Shown here piece after piece: positions 1-11,044 of a stretch of DNA of 64,000 bases. The notes beneath the pieces were generated by a model. It had not been told where the DNA came from. It did not search any database and saw only the letters and a program-made list of their open reading frames with translations. The position numbers were made by a program, and so were the translations under genes. Source of the stretch: Utricularia gibba (lineage: Eukaryota > Plantae > Magnoliophyta); the NCBI GenBank assembly GCA_002189035.1, contig CM007989.1:7936001-8000000 (forward strand). The letters run 5' to 3'. Position 1 is the stretch's first letter, and each line of letters begins with the position of its first letter.

Positions 1-59
1 TCATCATCACCTGTTGCTACTTCAACCTCCTGAGTTTCAAAACTCAGACATTCCATCAC

Positions 60-395
60 CTGTTCCCCAGCTGCGCATGGAGATCGATTACAAGCTTCTC
101 CTCCTGCTCCGACAGAAGCCCCCTCTTGACATCAGGTCTCAGGTAGTTCGTCCATCGCAGTCTGCAGCTCTTTCCGCACCTCAGCAGCCCTGTCCATTCC
201 CTCAGCTAAAAACAACAGAAACAGAAACAGAAGCAGAAGCAGAAGCAGAAGAAGGAAAGAACCTGCGAGTTTGGGGAGAGCGCGCCAGCAGCAGTGGCCG
301 TTGGTAAGGATGAAGGTGATGAGCTTCTTGTCTTCCTCCAGAGTCCATGGCCCTTTCTTCAGACCAACTTTATCGCAGCACGGCTGTCTTCCCAT
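60..395 (-). CDS. R2R3-MYB transcription factor (MYB20/42/43/85-like), partial; exon 3 lies beyond the left edge
   Basis: Exon 1 (395-263, 133 nt) encodes [45 protein letters not shown]. Exon 2 (189-60, 130 nt) encodes [23 protein letters not shown]...LGNR. GT-AG sites are present, and 133/130 nt is the canonical R2R3-MYB exon layout. Confidence 0.93.
214..251. repeat. (A/G)CAGAA hexanucleotide microsatellite in MYB intron 1
   Basis: acagaaacagaaacagaagcagaagcagaagcagaa read directly. Confidence 0.85.
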
Positions 396-1530
396 CTTAC
401 CCACTGCCACCAACCTCTCCCCCTCCCCTTTATAACTCCCACGCGCCCTCGCTCTCAAGGGCTCTTTCGGAATTTCCCTAATATTATAATTAGTGAAAAG
501 TACGCGAATAATCTCCACTATTACCTTAAATGACATAATTGGTTCCTATGAATAGTATTATAATCCCCTTCCGCATTGTCGATAGTTGGAGTCGCATGAC
601 TCCTCGATTGTATCGGCTAGCGCCCCGGAGTCACCCGGGTTCATGGTTCAACACCACCGACTCCAAAACCCGAATAATATTTCTAAATCAAATGGTGCTT
701 CAAAACCAATTACTATTATTTGAAAATCGTAGAAAAATAAGTTATATCTTACTAATTTTTATTTTATTAAAATTACTTTTCAAAAATCAATTTTTGAGAA
801 TCACAATATGTGGTATAGATTAAAACTTAATTTTTCAAACCCATTAATAATTAAATTCATATATCAAATATATTTTAAATCTAATTCTAGAAGTTTCGTT
901 TTATTATGAATAAATACACGTTATTTTGTAGGGCCCATGGGATTCTAAATTTGAACTATGGTACTTGACCTAAGAGGTCGCTTTACATATTTGGTGAACT
1001 TGAGTTTTCGGTGACCCGAATCCCTTCGTTTTAAAGCAAACCGGGGATTCCGGGCGGGTCGGATGGACCGGAAGGAGACGGATATGGTACGAACAGCCGG
1101 ATTTTCCGTACCCTGAGCCCCAGTGGATTCTAGAAATGGAAAAGCGCGTTTAGGGTTCATACCGTGGAGCAGGATAAGAAACCACGCTTTCTCCCGTCAA
1201 CGCGCCTCGCTGTCCGCCACTTGGACCAGCGGCCAACCCGCACGCGGAATTAGTAATGTGAATCATTATAAAAATGATTAACTTATTTTTAAAATATAAA
1301 AAAATGAATTATAAAATTCAATTATAATTATTATTATAAGAAAAATAATAAAAACTTAAAAAAAAAACAAATAGTTGAATGACAGTTTGAACTACTGTTG
1401 AATTTTTTAAACAACAAATAATTTGTATAAATGATTCATGTTTTTTTTTATGATTTAAAATACTGTTCTAGAATTCATCCCCATGCATTCTTTTTTTTTA
1501 AAAAAAATTATTATCACATAAATTAATCAT

Positions 1531-1927
1531 GTGTTTGATATGAAATAATCATAGAGTGTGTTTTTCTTTCACAAATTTGTATATTTGAAAATATTTTAGT
1601 AGAAAAATATGGATGGAAAGAGTATATATTTTAATTGGAAAAATTAAGTTATTATATTTAATTTATTTTGTGTAAAGATGATTATAACATATTTTTTTAA
1701 TTGTAGAATATGAAAATGAATAAAATTCTAAAGAAGAAATTAAAAAAAATTGGAGTCACAAAATAGAAAATTCAATATTGACTTATTTGAATAATAGAAA
1801 TTACTTTTAAAAAAATTATTTTATGTGATTGAAATCTCACATTTCTCATTGCATTTAATTTCTCAAATATTACACATTAGAAATTCTATAGTTATAATTT
1901 CTAAACCAATGAAATTCTATCAAACAC
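1531..1927. mobile_element. Possible degenerate PIF/Tourist-like MITE
   Basis: AT-rich ~400 bp bounded by a 10-bp inverted pair, GTGTTTGATA (1531) and TATCAAACAC (1918-1927). No clear TSD. Confidence 0.3.
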
Positions 1928-2368
1928 TCATCAGGATCGAGGTGAAGCGTGACGCAGGGATGGCGTAAGCCAACCATGGGCTGGTCCGGAGCTTATTGTA
2001 GTAGTATGGGCTTAAATAGGCCTATAGGCTAGGGATTGGCAGGCTCAATAGTCTCATGGGCCGAGTTGGTGTATAAATGGAGTGGGCTGGTCCCTGGAAA
2101 CTTGGTCTTGAAGGTAGCGTGCTCTAGAATCTAGAGTCGGGGTGGGCGTGGCGGCACTACGCGCCAGTCGTCGCTTAGAATGAGATTCTTGCTTCTTCAG
2201 CGCCGCGGCTTCGTCTCTCCGGCTCTCGGTAGTAGACCAAAAGGTATGTCCGTCGATGCACGAGGATCCTTTTTGGTTTTCCGATTTTGAATTCGTAACG
2301 TGAAGATCATCGTTGTTGCTTCACAGCGGGAAGGCGTTGACGTGATCCTCGGAGCTTAAGATCCATAG

Positions 2369-4015
2369 ATGTCTGTGTGCTGTGGTTTGGAATGCGTCGT
2401 GGCTCTAGGGTGTGTCCGATGGGGCTGGAAACGCTGCACCTACATCGGTGGCTACGACAGCGCCACCTGGCCGATCGCGACCGATGAAGAATTCGAACCG
2501 ATTTACCGTGTCTGCCGCACAGTCTTGGCCGTCTACGAGCGGGACCTTGCTTCCCCGAAATACGCCCCCGACGGCGGGTACGGACTCAACTCCGAGTGCG
2601 TGATCAAGCGTGTGAGCTACGAGAAAACCCAGGGGAATGCTCCCCCATACTTGATCTACCTCGATCATGACCATCGGGAAATAGTGCTAGCGATGCGTGG
2701 GCTGAATCTAGTCAAAGAAAGTGACTACAAGGTGCTGCTGGATAATCGTCTGGGCCGGCAGATGTTTGACGGGGGGTATGTGCACTGCGGCCTTCTCAAA
2801 TCGGCTGTTTGGGTGCTGAATGAGGAATCGGAGACTCTGAGACGGCTGTGGGAGGAAAATGGGAGTGTATACAAAATGGTGTTTGCAGGCCATTCCCTGG
2901 GTTCTGGTGTTGCTTCTTTGATGACCGTCATTGTTGCCAATGACCGGGATAAACTCGGAATTCCGAGGAGCTTGTTGAGGGGCTACGCCATAGCTCCGGC
3001 AAGGTGCATGTCGCTCAACTTGGCTGTCAAGTATGCGGATATCATCTGCTCGGTCGTGCTGCAGGTCAAGTAGCCTCCATGTTTCTGTGGTTTCTCATTG
3101 ATGATTGACTCTGATTCTCATGGGGGGTTTCAGGATGATTTCTTACCCAGAACATCTACTCCATTAGAGGACATCTTCAAGTCTGTGTTCTGGTTAGTTG
3201 CGCAGTCAAAACTCTCCCATTCTCACTGCCTTCTTTGCTCAGATATTTGAACCAGGCATTGATTCTGTCAACAGTTTGCCCTGTTTATTATTCTTCGTGT
3301 GCCTGAGAGACACCTTCATACCTGAAGGCAGAAAGCTAAGAGACCCAAGAAGACTATATGCACCTGGTCGAATGTACCACATTGTGGAGAGGAAATTCTG
3401 CAGGTACGCTCCCAGATCCATACACCACCACATCTTCTTCTAGAAGACAATTTCAAAGCTCCAACCTTGGTAACAGATGTGGAAGGTTTCCTCCGGAAGT
3501 GAGAACAGCCATTCCTGTGGATGGAAGATTTGAGCATATTGTGTTATCATGCAACGCAATTTCCGACCATTCCATCAAGTGGATCGAACGGCAGACGAGA
3601 ATGGCTATGCAGGTATATATCCAGTTTCCCAACTCAACTGACGATAGCTTCCTTGGTTACACCTCCATTTTAACCAAGTCGTCAGTAACTGCAGGCGATG
3701 AAGGCGGAGGAGGAAACCATGACAACGCCGCCACCACCGGAACAGAAATTTGCTCGGTTACAGACCTTAGAGAAGGAGCACAAGGATGCGGTGGATAAGG
3801 CCCTCAGCTTGAAAATACCCTATGCTGAAAACATTGCCGGAGAGCCAGATGAATCAGGAGATAAAAGGGCTGAGAGTTCAGAGATAACAGAAGATCACCG
3901 CTCTAAAGATGGCAATGCAAACTGGGATGAACTGGTTGAGAAGCTGTTCAACAGAAGCGAATCAGGGAAACTCCATTTCAAAGCAGAAGTCTCTGCAGGA
4001 CCATCATCCACCTGA
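2369..4015 (+). CDS. Lipase class 3 / alpha-beta hydrolase family protein (5 exons)
   Basis: N-terminus MSVCCGLECVVALGCVRWGWKRC, nucleophile motif GHSLG. Downstream exons DDFLPRTSTPLEDIFKSVF, CLPCLLF...RRLYAPGRMYHIVERKFC, RFPPEVRTAIPVDGRFEHIVLSCN and a final exon to the stop at 4015, all joined by GT-AG introns. Confidence 0.9.
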
Positions 4016-4132
4016 TTTGTCATCCGTACGAGCCCAATATTCTTAGGAAACAAAAGAGTGACACTCGATTCTTTGCAAATATTCTTTTAATGTCATTTCC
4101 CCCTTCACGTTGTTCGCTACTACTGATATCAA

Positions 4133-5971
4133 TCAAAAGTCAAATGAACCTTTGCTCGAAGAACCAGAGCAGCAACTAGCAGAAGCATATGAGCTTCCAC
4201 TTGATCCATCAACAGGAGCCTGGCTCAGGCTCTCCAGCGTTAAATACCTCCGCTTGTGCAATTTTATCGAGAATGTCGTCGCCTCCATAACGACCGGAAC
4301 CTGCATCAAAGCACCCGAACAAAGATGATGCTGCTGAGTCAGCCCAGTTAACTCAGTATGGGGGGGAGGGGGATGTATTAACTTATCAGTGAGCATTACC
4401 TGTGTATTTATGCGTGCTACCTTGTGCACGCTGAGAAGACCAACCATATCTTGATATCCAGTGAGGAGTTTGGCCAGCTCTTTGTCCTCATCTTATAGAG
4501 TTCAATGATGATAAACTGTGTCAGAAATGAATGGGGCACAAGAGGAGCAACGCACAAGGTAGAAGATGGAAGGCAGGTTTACCTGGGATTGCCTTTACAG
4601 ATATTAGGGTGTCAGCCAAATGCTGCATTCTTTTGGAAAATGAAGCCGAAACAAGAGATGGCGAAAAGGTTAAAACAGCTACAGAATTCGACAACCTTGT
4701 GAATCTTTTTAGAGACCCAACACAAGAAAGTATCTCCAGCTCCTGCAACGCTAGACCAAGTTATATTCCCATGTGACAATGCTAACATTAAAAAACTTAG
4801 AATAAGCAGATACTTCAGAGAATTCATAAATGAAGAATAACCATACTCATATATGATATGATAATGAACGACCTCTTGCAGAAATTCACAATGGGGTGAA
4901 CACAATGACTGAACAGCGATACGACCACCAGCAGCATTTGAAGCGTCTCTAAAAACATGAATCATTAAGAGAAATTAAGTTTCGGAAAGCTATTTAACAG
5001 TTGTGGAATCACTGCTGATTATTCAACAAAAACACAGGGCATCCTGTTGCAGAATCAGGTCAAAGTGAATTGTTTTAACATCGGTCCTACCGAGGGGTTG
5101 TAGATACGGAGCTTGAGCAGCGGTCCTTAAATGCTGCGAGATCAGCAGAGCTCCTAAGACTTATGCAATCAACATGACTCCCAATAACTAGATGCCGCTC
5201 CATTGGCTTCCGAAGATCAAAGACACTGCTGTACTCTGGCTTTCCATCTGCATATTTGTAAGACTATCATCAGCAGGGCACTGGTAAAATGAGACATACA
5301 CGAAGGAAATGAAAAAACGAAACACGGTTAAAAAAAACTACAAACAGTTCGAGTCAACTACCTTTTCTAGACTCTGAATCATGTTCCACGGAATACTTTT
5401 TATACTGCCAGGCAATTCTCAGACCCTCATCCTGAAATTGGAATACTTTTTACACGTGCCTTGAAAAAGTTCTTGACAGTTTAAGAATTCTCAAAACATA
5501 GAAGAAGGAAAGAAACCTGTACGGTTTCACGAATGGCTGGCTTATCATCTTTGGATGAGACCGGTTTAGGCAAAGTGCCAAGAAACCCTTTTGGATCGTC
5601 AGCAGGACTTGCATAAAGAAGCGGCTGGTGGTGCACAAGTCCTTGTGCCATAAAATTTCTAATCAACAACATGTGATGAGGTGCTTCAGGGTCTTCGATG
5701 ATCACCACTAGACTTCCAGTTGCGAAACCACCGCCAACGATCGCTGTTGAGGACAAAACCCAGAAGCAATTTAAAAACCGCAGGCCACCCATTCACCATA
5801 AGTAACCTTCGACATCCACAAAAGGGACTTACCATCAAGATCTGGAATCCCAGACGAAAGAAGCATCGTTCCATTTGGACCGATCTTCAAACCAGCGCTT
5901 TGCACCGTTGCATTTGACCCAACTCCGACACTCCGCGAGAAAGTTGACGTTGCCGGTTTGAACGCCGCCAT
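4133..5971 (-). CDS. ELP4: Elongator complex protein 4 (multi-exon)
   Basis: [71 protein letters not shown] and C-terminal [30 protein letters not shown]...DF match plant ELP4 as recalled. Confidence 0.92.
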
Positions 5972-6269
5972 ATTCATACGAAAATTCAGGAACGCAAGCT
6001 CAAGAAACCACTAAAACCAAAAACATAAACAGCTCGACAACTAGCATTTCATCGAACAAATGGCGGGCAGACTCTACGGACCCAAACTAATTTCCACAAC
6101 AAGACGAGAAAACACTATAACCCATCTCTCCACTCCACCCCTTTTCTTCAGTATTCCCCTCCGTTCCACAGAGCCCGTCGCGGAAGGCCAAAAAAGCTTC
6201 CTCTTTTGGGAGAGGCAGAAACCAGAGCGGTAAACTAGGGACTCCCGCTCACTAAAATACTATGCATAC

Positions 6270-6335
6270 TTAATGGGCCTGGGCCTCCAGCACCCTAATA
6301 GTGGGCCCCGTTCCGCTCTAATAAAATGGGCCCAA
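6270..6335. promoter_or_regulatory. Site II (TGGGCY) cluster in the ELP4/Dof divergent spacer
   Basis: tgggcc/tgggccc occurs four times between 6274 and 6333. Confidence 0.5.
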
Positions 6336-6695
6336 AAGACTGACGCTAATCTGCACTACCATGATATGTGGAAGGGAGAGAAATCAGAAGTTGATCTCTG
6401 TGGAGATTCCGAGTTGTCATAACTAATGTACAAGTTAACGGTGCATCGGAGAGCGGCCGGTGAAAAGAGACGTTGCAAGAGAAGAATGGGGGCAAAGGTG
6501 CAGAGAGTGGTCAGGGTCCATGCTGCGGTCTGTCGGCTGAGTATGAGTCAGATGCCTGACACTCCTTCTACTGTTGTTTGTTCCTCTACTTGTATTTGCT
6601 GTACCACTCATCCACTGCTTTTATTTGCTTGTCTACATTCACATTCCATCGCCATCACCCCCACTAGCTCATAAATAACAGTATCTGCTTCTGCA

Positions 6696-6703
6696 TATAT
6701 AAG
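6696..6703 (+). promoter_or_regulatory. TATA-box candidate for the Dof gene
   Basis: TATATAAG followed by a pyrimidine-rich stretch, then a candidate leader intron 6780-6863 (GTGAG...TGTAG). Confidence 0.4.
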
Positions 6704-6865
6704 TACATGATGGAAAAGCCTTCTTCCCTACTCCCCGTCTCCCCAATCCTGCCTTCTAAACAAGGAAGATGATCATTTGGTGAGTTTGGTGGCTCTGTAT
6801 CAGGCCAATGATGGAATGAAGTAGCTGGGTTATTCTCATTCTTGATTGTCTGTGTTTGTGTAGAC

Positions 6866-7690
6866 ATGTCTAGTGGTGGTAAACCAGTGGAGAACAAGCA
6901 TCAAAACGGGAGCCACAGCTCGGCCGCTCGGAAACATGTGGCGGCGAGGGAGAAGGAGCCGGCGCTGAGGTGCCCACGTTGTGATTCGCCGAATACCAAG
7001 TTCTGCTACTACAACAACTACAGTCTCTCCCAGCCACGCCATTTCTGCAAGACTTGTAGAAGGTACTGGACTAAAGGCGGCGCCTTGCGCAACGTTCCGA
7101 TAGGGGGAGGGTGCCGGAAGAGCAAGAAACTCAAGTGCTCTCCTCGCGACACCGCGGCGGACGTCGGTGGGCTGAGAGTCTTTCCGGGTATCTCACCAGC
7201 CATGGATTTTCAGATAAATTTTCAGCCGAGACTCAACCCTGCAGCCCCAGGGTTATGCAACCAGTTCTCTTCCGTTGGAGACCAGGGGAGCTACAATTTC
7301 GATCCGTACTGTGGAGGAGCATCTTCTTCCACTCTAATGGGACTCGGGTTTCCCTTATCTTCCGGCTACAAGCCAGGTGAAGGAGCAAACACCACAGGGT
7401 TTCAAGAAATGGGAGCTCAGCCAAATCTAGAGCCCCCCATCGAGTCCCTGAGCTGTATCAACCAAGATTTGCAATGGAAAATACAGCAGCAGAGACTCTC
7501 CAGCTTCCACCAGCAGCCACTCTCCCCTCTTCTATTCCAAAACCTGGAAATCTCAAACGCGAAGCAAGCCCACCGGAAAGACAACGGCGGTACGGGAAAC
7601 CTGGCCACCGAATGGTTCTTCGGCAACAGCTACTCCGCCGTGGCTCCATCCTCCACCGGCAACATCACAAACTGGAGCTCTTTCCCTTGA
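6866..7690 (+). CDS. DOF5.7: Dof zinc-finger transcription factor, DOF5.7/SCAP1-like
   Basis: [50 protein letters not shown] Dof domain. C-terminal [26 protein letters not shown] and TEWFFGN motifs resemble DOF5.7. Confidence 0.9.
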   Translation: MSSGGKPVENKHQNGSHSSAARKHVAAREKEPALRCPRCDSPNTKFCYYNNYSLSQPRHFCKTCRRYWTKGGALRNVPIGGGCRKSKKLKCSPRDTAADVGGLRVFPGISPAMDFQINFQPRLNPAAPGLCNQFSSVGDQGSYNFDPYCGGASSSTLMGLGFPLSSGYKPGEGANTTGFQEMGAQPNLEPPIESLSCINQDLQWKIQQQRLSSFHQQPLSPLLFQNLEISNAKQAHRKDNGGTGNLATEWFFGNSYSAVAPSSTGNITNWSSFP

Positions 7691-9500
7691 TAGGCTAAAT
7701 CCCAATCACTGTCTAAAGAAGTCTCTTGTAGGTCAGCATCATCATCATCATCATCTTCCCCACGGTTCTAATATCCGATATCTTTCGCAGTAGCCATGCA
7801 CGTGGTTCTGGTTTGGAGCATAAAACTAGATAGAGGCATGTCTTTTCTTCCCGGTTGGGTCCGAGGAAGAGTCACTGGAGCAATCTCAATAAAATAGTAT
7901 TATTCAGTGGGAGAACTGGGGATTGTTTGGTGTGGAGTCAGTGAGGATGGATCAGAAAGGCTGTGCGTATGCTGGTTAGGGGCAGGGTAAAGGGTAAAAC
8001 TGTACCTGTCTTCCTCGAGAAACCGATTTTCTCGGACTTTGCTCGCAGCAGACTCTGACTAAGCCCTGCCTCTGTCTCCCCTTTCCCTCACCTTTTCACG
8101 CGCTGTCTTCCTCCACAAACCGCAAGTAAATCGCCATTAACCCATGTGGGGGTAAACCTAGAGAGTACCAACCACATACGGAAAAAAAAAAAAAAAAAGA
8201 AAACCGAAAATCCATAATTCAATTAGATTATATTTCAAATAAAACTTATATTATAAGCCCCCTACCAAGTAAGGGTGACAAAACCATCTTAGACAAATCC
8301 CACATCAATTATGTATGAAAGTTGAGAATGAGATTAAATAGAATAATTACACAAACTTTATACAATACATTTTTTCAAACACAATGAAGGATTGTTGGTA
8401 GAAGTTCCAAATTAAACATATTTGATCCACCATAATTTTAGTATGGATGACCACACTAGAGACAATACAAATACGTGAAAATTAAATACTCGAAACGAAT
8501 AATATTGTATGTAACATATAATAAGTTAATACTTAATAAATTATATATTTTTAATAATTTGGATCATGACCATTCAATTCAAGTAAATTGATTGCCATTT
8601 TATTTAATTCCAAATTTTTGGAGGTGTGATCACATATGAAATGTCTTTTATAGTTCTCTTGAATTTTATTGACATTTTATTGAATTTATAATATGTCCTA
8701 ATAACACCCTTTCAAATGGTTTCAAAAAAATTTCTACTTGTGTTTAATATTTTCCATTTTTGAGATATTTCATTCACGTCTTGGTGACGTAAGTCATACA
8801 AAATGCACATCTTTAATATAATATCAACATATTGAACTCAAATTTAGAAAAAATAAGAAATATAGTCTTAACAAAAATATTGTTCTAATAGATCTAAAAA
8901 TCTAAAAAAAAAACCTCAAATGTTAATTACCCCAAAAGTCCAAAATTAATTTAAAATTTCAAATACCCAAACCCGGATCCGGGTCCTACCCATGGTATAC
9001 ATTCACTAGTACTGCTGTACTGGTCCCACTTCCAGTAACTCGGTGTAATAACTAAAGGAGACCGGATCTTTTTCTTTTTTTTTTTTACCATGGGACTTGG
9101 GTTCCGTGAAAAAGTGAAAACCGTAATTTCGTAGGGGTGAGGTAAAAAAACGGAAGGGGGCAAGAAGAAAAGGACAAATGTATATGGGTTGTTGATGTGA
9201 GAGCGTGAAGAAGACAATGAAAACTGTAACTGCGGTCACCGACCAACTACCAGAAGAAGCCGAAGTGGAACAACAACCTGAAAACGCCTCCACGATCCCA
9301 TTTCCTTGTTGCTGAGCAGCCCAAAGCTTTTTCCTTTTTACTGTCCCGTTGTTACCGTTCCCTGACGCTTTTTTACTGCAGTGGGATGGTATTCCCAGCA
9401 GCGGGCCCAAAATGGGTGCCATTGGGCCGGCCCAAGGAGGGAATGAATAAAGGTATTTGCGTTGTGGAGCCCTAAATTTTGGAAGAGGGATCGGCCGCGG

Positions 9501-10154
9501 ATGGAGGATTCGTCGGCGGTATCCGGTATGGAGGTGGAAGTTCCTGCCGTAGCGGTGGCTGTGAAGCCGAACTTCCGGCCATTGAAAGCCCATGAAGTAT
9601 CGGATGGACAAGTCCAGTTCCGGAAAGTGGCTGTTCCACCGCACCGGTATACGCCGTTGAAGAAAGCGTGGATGGAGATCTACGGTCCGGTTTTTGAGGA
9701 GATGAAAATTGATATTCGGATGAACTTGAAGGCTCGTAGAGTTGAGATGAAGACGCGCAGCGACACTCCTGACGTGAGTAACCTTCAGAAGTGCGCTGAT
9801 TTTGTTCACGCTTTCATGATGGGCTTTGATGTTATCGACGCCGTGGCGATGCTCCGGATGGATAAGCTGTATGTGGAGTCGTTTGAAATTAAGGATGTGA
9901 AGACTCTGAGAGGGGAGCACCTGTCGCGGGCTATCGGGAGACTGAGCGGGAAGGGGGGACGCACAAAATTTGCGATTGAAAACGCAACGCGGACGAGGAT
10001 CGTGATTGCTGATACGAAGATTCATATCCTTGGATCCTTTGCCAATATCAAGGTGGCCAGAGACTCTCTCTGTAGCCTAATTCTTGGATCCCCTGCTGCT
10101 AAAGTTTATTCCAAGTTGAGGGCAGTTACCGCTCGCCTTGCTGAGAGGTTCTGA
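9501..10154 (+). CDS. PNO1: PNO1/DIM2 KH-domain ribosome biogenesis factor (intronless)
   Basis: RKVAVPPHRYTPLKKAWMEIY, DLSRAIGRLSGKGG-type segment (HLSRAIGRLSGKGGRTKFAIENATRTRIV) and CSLILGSPAAKVYSKLR. Site II motifs lie upstream (~9400-9435). Confidence 0.95.
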   Translation: MEDSSAVSGMEVEVPAVAVAVKPNFRPLKAHEVSDGQVQFRKVAVPPHRYTPLKKAWMEIYGPVFEEMKIDIRMNLKARRVEMKTRSDTPDVSNLQKCADFVHAFMMGFDVIDAVAMLRMDKLYVESFEIKDVKTLRGEHLSRAIGRLSGKGGRTKFAIENATRTRIVIADTKIHILGSFANIKVARDSLCSLILGSPAAKVYSKLRAVTARLAERF

Positions 10155-11044
10155 GCTTTTATTCACCTACCTTGATGTGAAGAGTCACTGCCATCAAACC
10201 CGCATCTGGTTTTTGCACGAAACTTCTGGGCATCATGTCTAACAGGTTCTACATTGTATACTTGCTATGCTGTGATTGTGCCATGCTTTGAGGAGATATT
10301 GCAATCATTTTGATGATTGTACCCTGAGAAATCTCACACCTGGATGCATTTTTGGATTTCATCATTCAAGGCTCGATCTTAAACCCAGAAACTTCCCATC
10401 TCTGATTTCACCCGCTTATCTTTCAAGGTAGACATGCATGGGCTATGTAAAGGAAGCATTTTTTGGAAGTCCTTTTTCTGAACATCCAGATTGCAATAAA
10501 GACAGCTGCTTTGTAAGAGCAGTAATTGACCACAACTGGTTTTGTTCTGGGTCATCATCGGCTTTTCAATGTTGGATCCTGCTCTTCAGCCAGTTTCTAC
10601 GTACTTTTCAGATTTCCCAAGCGGCTCTCCACAGACTCCGATCGAAAGCTCGCCAAACAATCAGGAGCAATGCCTCCATAGGCCGGAAACATCCGCGGGC
10701 GAAAACCTAGATGGGTCCACCGCCGATGAGGCAGACAATCCGCAGGTTCGGTGTCCCGGAGGCGCCGCGTAGCGCGTCATGAAGTGGGCGGCTGCGCGTT
10801 GATGGCGGCTACGAATCCCTCCTGGAGACGGCGCGTGTGAGCCCCGACGACGCCATGGTGTGCTCAATGGGGCGTCGGCCCTTAGATCTCGGCCTACTAT
10901 GGCCTCGGCCCGTTACCCGGAAGCCGAATTCCTCAGTCATTTTCCGAAAATTGGCCGCCTCTTTTCACCGTGAAATGTAAAAAAGCTTTCAAGCTGCCAT
11001 TAGAATCTACAAGCTTGCACCTGGAAACCACCTAGCGAACCTAC

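Noticed and set aside
9006-10025. 339-aa minus-strand ORF
   Set aside because: Antisense shadow of the GC-rich intronless PNO1 CDS; no recognisable domain.
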